Origin: an uncultured Actinomycetes bacterium
Lineage (GTDB): Bacteria; SZUA-79; Acidulodesulfobacterales; Acidulodesulfobacteraceae
Assembly (NCBI GenBank): GCA_964631685.1
Contig: CAZVZU010000001.1
Location: 128,001-192,000 of the forward strand
Length of the DNA: 64,000 nucleotides
Reading direction: 5' to 3'
Part shown: positions 20,552-29,381 of the stretch, piece after piece
How the letters are laid out: each line of letters starts with the position of its first letter
Numbering within the stretch: the first letter of the stretch is position 1
Made by a program: the position numbers and the translations under genes
The notes under the pieces: model-generated
The model's database searches: none
What the model saw: only the letters and a program-made list of their open reading frames with translations
Told to the model about the DNA's origin: nothing

Positions 20552-20571
20552 AAAACATAATGGGAGGGAAT

Positions 20572-21507
20572 ATGAGAGTTCTTATTACGGGCGGCGCAGG
20601 TTTTGTTGGTTCCAACCTATGCCAAAGACTGTTGGGCATAGGCCATGAAGTGCTATGTATGGATAATTTTTTTACTGGTTCTAAGGATAATGTTATTGAA
20701 TTTTCAGATAATAAAAACTTTGAGATGATAAGGCATGATATCAGTGAACCCTTTATTATTGAAACAGATTTTATAATAAATTTAGCCTGCCCCGCATCCG
20801 TTCCCTTTTATCAAAAAAATCCTCTTAAAACAATGAAAGATAATGTTTACGGGATATTTAACGTAATGGAAAATGCAAGAAGGCTCAAAATTCCCGTATT
20901 ACACACATCAACGTCGGAGGTTTATGGTTCTCCAAGCGTTCATCCTCAACCGGAAAGTTACAACGGCAATGTTAATCCTATTTCCATAAGATCCTGCTAC
21001 GACGAGGGCAAAAGGGCAGCCGAGACCATAATGTTTGATTATCACAGACAACATGGTGTAGATATAAAGATAATAAGGGTTTTTAATACCTATGGACCAA
21101 GAATGCTTAAAGATGACGGCAGGGTTGTTTCAAACTTTATTGTTCAGGCGTTAATGGGGGAGGACATAACCGTTTACGGAGATGGGGCGCAGACAAGGTC
21201 TTTTTGCTATATTTCAGATTTAATAGATGGTATTATACTTTTTATTAACAGTAAGAACGGGTTTACCGGACCCGTCAATTTAGGCAATAATTTTGAATTT
21301 ACGGTCATAGATTTTGCAAAGTTGGTCATATTACTTACAAATTCAAAGTCAAAGATAAAGTTTATGGAATTGCCAAAAGATGATCCTATTCAGAGAAACC
21401 CTGATTTAACTTTGGCAAAAAAGATTTTAGGATATAATCCTAAGGTTGACATAGAAGAGGGGCTCAAAAAAACAATATCTTATTTTAATGAGATTCTAAA
21501 AAATTAA
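20572..21507 (+). CDS. UDP-glucuronic acid decarboxylase (UDP-xylose synthase family)
   Basis: [45 protein letters not shown]. Confidence 0.92.
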   Translation: MRVLITGGAGFVGSNLCQRLLGIGHEVLCMDNFFTGSKDNVIEFSDNKNFEMIRHDISEPFIIETDFIINLACPASVPFYQKNPLKTMKDNVYGIFNVMENARRLKIPVLHTSTSEVYGSPSVHPQPESYNGNVNPISIRSCYDEGKRAAETIMFDYHRQHGVDIKIIRVFNTYGPRMLKDDGRVVSNFIVQALMGEDITVYGDGAQTRSFCYISDLIDGIILFINSKNGFTGPVNLGNNFEFTVIDFAKLVILLTNSKSKIKFMELPKDDPIQRNPDLTLAKKILGYNPKVDIEEGLKKTISYFNEILKN

Positions 21508-21511
21508 ATAT

Positions 21512-21540
21512 TTGACTTATTATATTTTATGCAATACAAT
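21512..21540 (+). promoter_or_regulatory. Sigma70 promoter for a short transcript
   Basis: TTGACT-17 nt-TACAAT. Confidence 0.65.
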
Positions 21541-21546
21541 ATCAGA

Positions 21547-21634
21547 GAATGAGGTTTTATGTTTTTATCTTAACTCCTCAGCAGCAATGTCCTCCTAACC
21601 TGTCGGATAACAAATTATTTCCGACAGGTTTTTT
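21547..21634 (+). ncRNA. Candidate small RNA (about 88 nt)
   Basis: Bounded by a near-consensus promoter and an intrinsic terminator; contains CCTCCT; family not recognised. Confidence 0.45.
21597..21634 (+). terminator. Rho-independent terminator
   Basis: AACCTGTCGGA / TCCGACAGGTT 11-bp stem followed by a T run. Confidence 0.85.
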
Positions 21635-21658
21635 GTCCTTAAATTCCCAAGAAAGCTA

Positions 21659-21687
21659 TTGACAGCAGGTCAAATTTCGAGTATACT
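21659..21687 (+). promoter_or_regulatory. Sigma70 promoter of tRNA-Asn
   Basis: TTGACA-17 nt-TATACT. Confidence 0.75.
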
Positions 21688-21741
21688 GCTAAGCATTGAG
21701 AGTTTTGTCCAATAGGATGTATTTTTCGATAATGCCTATAT

Positions 21742-21817
21742 TCCCCGATAGCTCAGTTGGCAGAGCAAGTGGCTGTTAACCACTGGGTCGGCGGTTCGAG
21801 TCCGTCTCGGGGAGCCA
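21742..21817 (+). tRNA. tRNA-Asn (GTT)
   Basis: TCCCCGA/TCGGGGA acceptor stem, anticodon loop CTGTTAA, GGTTCGAGTCC, CCA end. Confidence 0.97.
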
Positions 21818-22035
21818 ACTTTCTATGTTCAGTGTTCGCTATATTGACACCTGGCCAATATCTTCAGAATCCGCAAGCGTATTTTCCTTTAAAAAAGTTC
21901 TGGTTTTGTTTTAAATATGGAATCGGAAAGTATTCGAATCTAAAGTAATGGGAGTAATAGGTTGGGTTTAATAGACTTAAAACAAGCATCAGCGTAACCA
22001 AAATGGGTTTATCTGAGCATTTATTTTCGCCAAAT

Positions 22036-22694
22036 CTACGCTAATTTAGATATTACTTGTTCATATTCTTTCAACATCTCTTTTATTTCCTTTTTTATAT
22101 CTTAGAATTTAGTTTTTATATTTGCATGTACCATGGCATTTCTTGTATGTGCCATTAAATGAATCAATGTATTTTGCTTAGTTGAAAAGTATTGAGGAAA
22201 TGACTGCTTAAGTGTATTAAATTCACGTTCATTTAAGGGGATAGGTTTACTTTTGGTGCTAGGATTATTATCCCAACCTTGTTTAAATTTGTCATATATA
22301 ATATTATCTTTAAATATAATAAAAAAATAGCCTATTTTATATAAATTTAATGCCATAATATCATTTGAAAAGTTAGTTAAAATAAAACTAATATTTGCTA
22401 AATAAATAATTTCATATACGCCCTTTCTTTTTTCTTGGTGGACTATGTTTAATCATTTCTTTAGCAAAATAGATATGCTTAATCTCATTTGTAGATTGAA
22501 AGTTTTATATAATTAATCCAATAATCATTAAAAGAGGTAGCATATTAAAATACTCTTTTTTTATTGTTAGTGTTATTTTCAAAGTAATATGTAGCCTTAT
22601 CTTTCAACTTTGGCGTTTCTCTGCCTTGAATACCTAAAATGGTCACAACTGCTAATTTTTTACCATCGTTAACTGTTTTAATTTTTAATGCCAT
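22036..22694 (-). pseudogene. Decayed CRISPR CARF-HEPN effector (Csx1/Csm6, TM1812-like)
   Basis: Fragments KLAVVTILG..., YFNMLPLLMIIGLII*NFQ...IYFAKE, YEIIYLANISFIL, HEPN RNAMVH; two frameshifts and two in-frame stops (22505-22507, 22102-22104); directly after csm5. Confidence 0.75.
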
Positions 22695-22699
22695 TTTTT

Positions 22700-24352
22700 T
22701 CAACAATCATTTAACATCCCAATAATTTTTTGAGTTCTTTTGTAAGCATCTTTTTTCGCTGGCTTGTTCCACGTATTTTCCTTAATCATCTGCTCCTTAA
22801 CATAGCCTACTGCCTCACATTTAAAATTATCCATTAAACCTTCTTTTAACGCTTGAAATACAATTACAGAATTACGAGCATTTTTATCCGGATGAACTTT
22901 CCTTAGGTCTTCAACCTTCAATTCAAACGGGCTCATTTTAGAAAGTTGATCTTGCCTTAATCGCTGAGCTTCCTTTTTGGCTTTTTCTTCAGCCTCTTGC
23001 TCTTGCTGTTTTTTTAGCGCAGCGTTTCTTTTGCTCTCTTTGTCTTGTTGTATTTGATCCTTGATTTTCTTTTGTTTCTCTCTTGTTTTACGCACAAAAT
23101 CTTCTTCATAAGATTTAAATTCACTAAATAGCCTATTATATTCATTATCATCTATAAATTCACATAATAGCCACCCAAACGAATCACCGTTACTTTCTGG
23201 AAATTTCCAAACTGTAGTTTCTTGAGTTAAAATTGCATTTATTGTGAATCTATCTTTCTTTTTAACTAGACATTCTAATTTGGCCGGATCTTCTATGAAG
23301 TGTGTTGCATTTTCAAAATCTATTTTTTCTTTATCGCTTAGTAGTTTTTCATCTGCAAACAAGGATTTGATTTTATTGGGCTCAAAAAAACTTTTTTTAC
23401 GAAGTCTTTCTATCCTTGCATCTGCATTATCATCCTCATTTCCTTTATTTTGGATTTGAGCTAACTTAACCAGTATCTTTCTCAGTCCATCAATAGTTAC
23501 GGCCCTTGCTCCGCTATGCTTACCTACACTAAGTAAGAATTGATTCTTTTGTAGATTGATTCCTTTTTCTTTGTCTTCATAGATTATCTTATAATGACTA
23601 TTACAAGCATCAATTATCTTTTGTTTTGTTATTTTATCATTAAACTCTTGCTTGTTATCATCTAGATAGTCTCTGATACTCAATGTTGTCAAATAGTAAC
23701 TATCTTTTAAATTCACCTCAATCATTGTAGAAATATCTGCATCGCCATCTTCAAATAACTCTTGATTTATTGCAAGTGATATTTCTGAAGTGGCCTTCTG
23801 GGCTAAGGTGTCGGATATCACAAGATTTTTAAACGGCTTTGTGTCTTCGAACTCTTTAAGCTTTAGTTTTCCGCCGGTCTTAAAATACATTTCTTGATAT
23901 GCTGTTGAAATTGATCCTTTTAAGCTGGAACCTGCAATAAATGTCGTAACTTTATTTGCTTCTCTCTGAGTTTTTTGAATTTCAAATTTATTAAATATAC
24001 TGGTATTATTTTTACCCTCAATTTGTACTTTTCTGGCAATATCTCTTTTATATTTATTTTCAAAATAATTTGAAACCCTCACTTTATTTATGGATACATC
24101 TATCGCGTACTCTTTATTTTGTAATATAAAAGCATGTATTTTTTCAAATAATTCATTGCCATAACTACTTTGTAGGTTTGATAATTCTATAAATTTATTT
24201 TTTCCCCCTGAAGGTAAATGTTTCAGGAATAGCGTTTCATCAAATTCGTATAAATATCCGTTGTCTATTACATAATTTGTAGGTTCATAAACCTCACCGG
24301 TACCAATATGCACAGGACTCAGTGTAGTAATTTTTAGCTTATAATTGTTCAT
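22700..24352 (-). CDS. csm5: Type III-A CRISPR RAMP Csm5 with C-terminal charged extension
   Basis: TTLSPVHIGTGE, IAGSSLKGSI, VGKHSG, FGW; operon position. Confidence 0.9.
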   Translation of the reverse strand: MNNYKLKITTLSPVHIGTGEVYEPTNYVIDNGYLYEFDETLFLKHLPSGGKNKFIELSNLQSSYGNELFEKIHAFILQNKEYAIDVSINKVRVSNYFENKYKRDIARKVQIEGKNNTSIFNKFEIQKTQREANKVTTFIAGSSLKGSISTAYQEMYFKTGGKLKLKEFEDTKPFKNLVISDTLAQKATSEISLAINQELFEDGDADISTMIEVNLKDSYYLTTLSIRDYLDDNKQEFNDKITKQKIIDACNSHYKIIYEDKEKGINLQKNQFLLSVGKHSGARAVTIDGLRKILVKLAQIQNKGNEDDNADARIERLRKKSFFEPNKIKSLFADEKLLSDKEKIDFENATHFIEDPAKLECLVKKKDRFTINAILTQETTVWKFPESNGDSFGWLLCEFIDDNEYNRLFSEFKSYEEDFVRKTREKQKKIKDQIQQDKESKRNAALKKQQEQEAEEKAKKEAQRLRQDQLSKMSPFELKVEDLRKVHPDKNARNSVIVFQALKEGLMDNFKCEAVGYVKEQMIKENTWNKPAKKDAYKRTQKIIGMLNDC

Positions 24353-25242
24353 TAATCAAACTCCTTAATAGGCACTACAATAGAATACCCTTGATGCACT
24401 ACATCTTTATAGGTAGATATATTTTTAATAGCCTTTCCTAAATATTGTATGTTTTGCGTTTCTTGAAATTGTATCACAGCGCCACTATCCGCTAATACTA
24501 TAGGTTTTTTAAATGGATTAGTGCTGACTCTACTTGCTCCAATTTTTCCAAATCTGGTAAATGGTTCATAAAAAATATCCTTACATTGTAAATCATTAGG
24601 GGTAAAAGGGCTTAATGCCATATATGTTGTTGAATTGGTATTTAGATCTATTTTTTCTAATGCGGAAAAGCGGAACCTGCCTTTACCAATAGTTGCATCC
24701 TTGCCATAACCCATTTCTGACACTATCTGTAAAGTGCGTGTCAAATCATCTGTTGTAAAATTATCCCCTATTAAAAAATAAATATCTTTCTTGGAAAAAC
24801 TAAATTCAATTTCACCATATGGATCGAATCCATCGGAACCGGTTGTTGATGTTTTGTAATTGATACTATTTCTAATAACGGTTTCATTTTCATCTTGATT
24901 TACGGCATCCTTATCACTCTTTGCATTATTGAATTGACCGTTGATTAATTGTTCTAAGGTAAGCCATATTTTTTTACGATTTTCTTTTTTTAAAGATATA
25001 TCTTCATTCAAATGGATACTAGGCGCTGTTGGTTTGGGTAGATATCCAACCGCAAAAGGATCAGATACAATCAAAAAAGGATTTGTTTCATAATCACTTA
25101 ATAATGCCTCTAGTTTATCTTTATTTGAGGCAAAAACAATTGCCCAACACATTTGTCCGAATAGAGTATCGCCTTTAAGCGGTGTCGCAAAATTTGATGT
25201 TGGAGTAATTGTGGTTTTGTATAGTCTCATAATTGACCCCAA
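24352..25242 (-). CDS. csm4: Type III-A CRISPR RAMP Csm4
   Basis: GDTLFG, VSDPF, Gly-rich loop GYGKDATIGKGRF. Confidence 0.9.
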   Translation of the reverse strand: MGSIMRLYKTTITPTSNFATPLKGDTLFGQMCWAIVFASNKDKLEALLSDYETNPFLIVSDPFAVGYLPKPTAPSIHLNEDISLKKENRKKIWLTLEQLINGQFNNAKSDKDAVNQDENETVIRNSINYKTSTTGSDGFDPYGEIEFSFSKKDIYFLIGDNFTTDDLTRTLQIVSEMGYGKDATIGKGRFRFSALEKIDLNTNSTTYMALSPFTPNDLQCKDIFYEPFTRFGKIGASRVSTNPFKKPIVLADSGAVIQFQETQNIQYLGKAIKNISTYKDVVHQGYSIVVPIKEFD

Positions 25243-25889
25243 ATTCTATTTATAAACTTAACCCTTCCATAGCCGCGGCTTCCACTTCCGCCTAAGTAGT
25301 CATTTTCTACCAGATTCAATCCATTTTCTACCATATCCCTTAGTTCTTTTTCCGTATCTTCATCTAAAATTTTTACCCTTATATCAAAGTCAAATTTCAC
25401 ACCTGCCGGCACTCTCTCTGTCTGCCTGGGATTTGAAGCCGTTCCTTTTTGCCTGTCTATAACATTTTCATATTTAGCTTCTGAAAGCTTTAAATCATCG
25501 TCTATTGTCTCTTGAGATAAGGTGCAATCACCTACACTAATCCTTGTGATTGGGGTAATTTCATCAAACTTATCATCACTCTTTCCATTTCCAAAAAGTT
25601 TTATAAGCGTTAACGCTTCGTCTCTTTTGATTTTAGTGCTAAAAATTGGATTATTTAAAAGTTTTGAATGAAAAGGACTTCCGTCGCCAATACCAACAAC
25701 ACCTATATGCCATTCCAATAAGCTTCTCATTTTACCCTTAAGAGAACTGCCGGGTATATATGGCTTATCTGTGTTGACGTCTTTAATGACGCCATTGTCT
25801 ATGCCGCCTATTTGCATAGTGTCGTCACCGCCGCCGATGTTTAATCCGCTTAATAATTCTATCTGACCTTTAATATTTACAATTTTCAT
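25227..25889 (-). CDS. csm3: Type III-A CRISPR RAMP Csm3 (Cas7)
   Basis: IGGIDN with catalytic Asp, PYIPGSSLKGKMRSLLE, NPRQTERVPAG, YLGGSGSRGYG. Confidence 0.96.
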   Translation of the reverse strand: MKIVNIKGQIELLSGLNIGGGDDTMQIGGIDNGVIKDVNTDKPYIPGSSLKGKMRSLLEWHIGVVGIGDGSPFHSKLLNNPIFSTKIKRDEALTLIKLFGNGKSDDKFDEITPITRISVGDCTLSQETIDDDLKLSEAKYENVIDRQKGTASNPRQTERVPAGVKFDFDIRVKILDEDTEKELRDMVENGLNLVENDYLGGSGSRGYGRVKFINRIWGQL

Positions 25890-26284
25890 CTTGATTGCCT
25901 CCCCTCTAAGCTTTTATGAAATCCAATTACCGCCTCAAAAAATAACTTGAATGTGCTTAAATCATTTTTTTTATCAATTTTATTAATGCAACTGCTCATC
26001 ATATTTACAAATTCTTGATTTATAAGTTTTCCATTTGCAGAATTTCTACTACTGGCATAAGCTACTTTTGAATTGAGCATTTTTACAAATGGTAATACTT
26101 CACCATTAAAGTCATCACTATGTTTTGCTTTATTATTTAAGTCTAATACTTGATTGAAAAATTTTCTTATTTGAGTATTTTGTACGCCACCTTTTCCAAC
26201 GTTAATGCGGTTAGCCCATTTTTCTGCTGTTTTGTTAAGTAGTTCCGGGTCCTTTTTATAGTCTAATTCTATCGTATCCATCAT
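25886..26284 (-). CDS. csm2: Type III-A small subunit Csm2
   Basis: TQIRKFF, KVAYA, FKLFFEAVIGFHK. Confidence 0.93.
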   Translation of the reverse strand: MMDTIELDYKKDPELLNKTAEKWANRINVGKGGVQNTQIRKFFNQVLDLNNKAKHSDDFNGEVLPFVKMLNSKVAYASSRNSANGKLINQEFVNMMSSCINKIDKKNDLSTFKLFFEAVIGFHKSLEGRQSR

Positions 26285-27813
26285 GACTCTCTCCTTTCAT
26301 ATATAAATTCACTTAAGAACATTTTCGTCTCTTTTGGGTTATTTCCTATCTCTTCATTTAATACCCTAAGCAATTCTTCATACTTTTTGTCCATATTTCT
26401 ATAAAAACTATAACTTAATTTGGACCTCCAGATTGTTGATTCTACATTACCTTCATATTTTACCTTTTTAGACATATCAACTATCTCTAAGAGTCTGTAT
26501 AAAAATGCTGTTTTTATATCAGCGGTTTTTAAGATCTGAAAACTTGTTGACAACTTATCAAAAGTTTTCAGATAAGCTTCCCACTTAACCGTTTCGTTAA
26601 ATAATGTGATTGCATTTTTATCTTTATCGATAAACTTAGCTTGTTTTAATAAATGCTCCGTATAATCCGCTAAATGACTAATAGGATGAGAAGGCTTTAC
26701 CAATGCTATGCCAAAAGATATACTTAATTTTCCTTTTATAAATATTCTAAATGCTTCTTGGATAGTTCTTGAAAGCTTTAGGATATCATTCCAAGCCCCT
26801 ATTAGGAATAGATCATCGCCACCGGCAAATACAGTATATGTGTTTTGATATTTTTTCCGCATAAGTTTCGGAATATACAAAGAAAAGAAGTTATCTAAAG
26901 TTCTTGAAAAAGTATCAAAATTTTCAAAGCTATCCGTGATGTCACTTTCTTGTAAAAATTGCCCCATACTGTCAACATCTGCTTTTAAAACTGCCAATGC
27001 TCTAATACTGTTCTCTGGATTTTCGCAACTATGCTGCGCTAAATATTCAAAAGAAGCAGGTGCATTTTTATCCATCAACACATAAGATCTAAGTTGCTCG
27101 TTTATTGCAATATTTACTTTAAAGTCATCAAAAAAATTTGCTGTATATTTCGTTAATTTATTTCCTGCTAATTTTTCACCTAGCATCACAAATTTGTTAC
27201 ACATACCACAATTATCATCTTTTTTTATAACCTTCCTAAGATTACATATCTTGCATAGATTTTGGTTGTTGATATCCTTATCGTAGTTCAATACAAAACT
27301 TCTTTCATTGACAAGATCGAATTTTTTGAATTTTTTCTTTTCAATTTTTAGCGTAATATTGTTTCTCAATGCCTTATATCTTTTAGAGTTATTAAAATCA
27401 TCTTTCTTGCATTCAATATAAATAATACTAACACCAGTAAGTCCAAAGAAGTTTTTTAAAAAATATTCATCTACTTTTTTTTGAATATTTTTTAAAAAAC
27501 TTGCATCTTTATTGGGGGATATAATTTCAAATTTTCCAGCATTCAGCGATAATATATTATCTTCACCTATAGATAGTTGTTGACAAATATATCTAGCAAG
27601 ATACGAAGTATATATTTGTATAAAGGCGGATTTAGCTCTGATAACCTTACTTGCATTTTTGGTTGACAACCCTTCAAATATAAATTTTTGAATTCCATAG
27701 AAGTCACCACTAATGAATAATATATCATCCGATAGTAATGATGTTATACCTTTTTTTTCTACCTTAGTATGCTCATAGTAAGAAATATCAAAATACTTTT
27801 CATATATATTCAA
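26281..27813 (-). CDS. cas10: Cas10/Csm1, short (510 aa), no HD domain
   Basis: SGDFYGIQKFIF (Palm1), CKIC...CGMC zinc finger, KADVDSMG and FAGGDDLF (Palm2); GAGG RBS before TTG start. Confidence 0.92.
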   Translation of the reverse strand: MNIYEKYFDISYYEHTKVEKKGITSLLSDDILFISGDFYGIQKFIFEGLSTKNASKVIRAKSAFIQIYTSYLARYICQQLSIGEDNILSLNAGKFEIISPNKDASFLKNIQKKVDEYFLKNFFGLTGVSIIYIECKKDDFNNSKRYKALRNNITLKIEKKKFKKFDLVNERSFVLNYDKDINNQNLCKICNLRKVIKKDDNCGMCNKFVMLGEKLAGNKLTKYTANFFDDFKVNIAINEQLRSYVLMDKNAPASFEYLAQHSCENPENSIRALAVLKADVDSMGQFLQESDITDSFENFDTFSRTLDNFFSLYIPKLMRKKYQNTYTVFAGGDDLFLIGAWNDILKLSRTIQEAFRIFIKGKLSISFGIALVKPSHPISHLADYTEHLLKQAKFIDKDKNAITLFNETVKWEAYLKTFDKLSTSFQILKTADIKTAFLYRLLEIVDMSKKVKYEGNVESTIWRSKLSYSFYRNMDKKYEELLRVLNEEIGNNPKETKMFLSEFIYERRES

Positions 27814-27910
27814 TTAGGTTTCCTCATTTAGAATGTTAATGTTTCTTATTATTTACCTCTTGAAACTAATTTTCTAATCCAAATGTTTTCTTATTTTACC
27901 GCTTTTGACA

Positions 27911-27939
27911 ATCCTACCTCTTTCGGTGTTATATTGCAA
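27911..27939 (-). promoter_or_regulatory. Putative sigma70 promoter of the csm operon
   Basis: Minus strand TTGCAA-17 nt-TAGGAT. Confidence 0.45.
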
Positions 27940-28486
27940 CCCTTTATTAGAGGTGTACCTAAAAATAAGACTTGATTTAGACAATAATAAGATTAATAAT
28001 AAATCTTATTGAATTCCTTTAAGTGAAGCTTGAATTATAATAAATGGAGAAACATTTCAGTTTACAGGAAAGTGGATTGTATGGATAAGCATATATTTGA
28101 CTCGGAGTTCGAACAAAGGTATTAGTATGTACAAAAAAAACAATATGATACTTCTAGAGTTATAGGATTAAACCTGTTAAAATATTGTTTGGAACGGCAA
28201 TAACATTAGTCGCTGTTCCCATGGTGTTCTATAAAAATGTGAGTGCTTTATTCCCTAGAAAATCAATTTGTTGAATGTATTTTCCTGGGTGCTTGTTCTA
28301 TCATCAATTTCGTTAGAATCCTTGGCATATTTTTTGTTTTTGAAGGGTATCGTAGTCAAACAAATGGTTTGATAGATCTCATCGGACGGGGATTGGTTCG
28401 GCTGTTACATTTATGTTTTCTTTGTTATGTGTAGTTATCCCTATTTTTCTTAAAATTATTGATTTGATAAGACAGCAAACCCTGAT

Positions 28487-29173
28487 ATGTTTAAAAAGCA
28501 AACAGCAACTTACATGGGCCACCGGCAGAGGATAAAAGATAAATATAAGAGATCGGGGATAGATGGCTGGTTAGATTATGAGGTTATGGAGTTGGTTCTT
28601 TCTTATGCTATTGTGAGGAAAGATACAAAGCCGATTGCCAAGGATCTAATGGCTAGGTTTAAAACGATCAGCGGAGTGTTAGATGCTGACAGTAAAGAGC
28701 TAGAATCTGTGTCCGGCATTTCGGAACATACAAGCCTTTTCTTGAAGTTACTAAAGGATATAACCGTTATTTACTTTGAAAATAACCTATATAATAAAGA
28801 TTTGCTTTCCTCACCAGAGGCTGTTTTTAACTATTTGAAAGCATCCCTAAAGGGGTGCGCGGATGAAGAATTTAAGGTTATATTTTTGGATAATAAAAAT
28901 CAGCTTATAAATATTGAAGTGCTTCAAACGGGAACGGTTAATGAATCGGTGGTATATCCAAGAAAAGTTGTGAAGAGGGCGCTGCATCACCATGCCGCGG
29001 GTGTTATTGTTGCGCATAACCATCCTGCAGGCACATTGAAACCATCAAAGGAAGATTGTATAGTGCCGCAATCTATTAAAAATGCTCTTCAAACGGTCGA
29101 GATTCGTTTATTGGACCATGTAATAATAAGTAGGAATGATTATTTTAGTCTTCAGGACAAAGGGCTCTTATAG
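28487..29173 (+). CDS. radC: RadC family JAB-domain protein
   Basis: GHRQR, GTVNESVVYPR, AHNHPAG...PSKED, LLDHVII. Confidence 0.93.
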   Translation: MFKKQTATYMGHRQRIKDKYKRSGIDGWLDYEVMELVLSYAIVRKDTKPIAKDLMARFKTISGVLDADSKELESVSGISEHTSLFLKLLKDITVIYFENNLYNKDLLSSPEAVFNYLKASLKGCADEEFKVIFLDNKNQLINIEVLQTGTVNESVVYPRKVVKRALHHHAAGVIVAHNHPAGTLKPSKEDCIVPQSIKNALQTVEIRLLDHVIISRNDYFSLQDKGLL

Positions 29174-29381
29174 TTAGTGCTTAATAACCAATAATAATAT
29201 ATTACCTATTATGGAATGTGCTATTTTGCGCGGCATCTCTGATGCAGGCATAATTCCTTGCAAGTCAAAGCGTATTGACACATTAATGAATATCATGATA
29301 GTGTATAAGCGTGCACATTGCATAGGTTATCCGTTTGCTAAAATAAAAGAATAATCAAACTAAAACATTTAGGGAGCTATT

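Noticed and set aside
21549..21662. Short ORF beginning MRFYVFILTP in the sRNA candidate
   Set aside because: No RBS, and it reads through the strong terminator; a leaderless peptide is not fully excluded
21757..21948. 63-aa ORF
   Set aside because: Starts inside tRNA-Asn
22102..22356. 84-aa ORF as an independent HEPN gene
   Set aside because: It is an internal fragment of the longer pseudogene 22036-22694
28243..28434. 63-aa ORF upstream of radC
   Set aside because: No RBS or recognisable motif; probably non-coding or decayed sequence
21818..28486. Canonical CRISPR array, cas6, cas1/cas2, integrase or attR
   Set aside because: No regularly spaced identical repeats, no such ORFs and no copy of the tRNA-Asn 3' end found by eye
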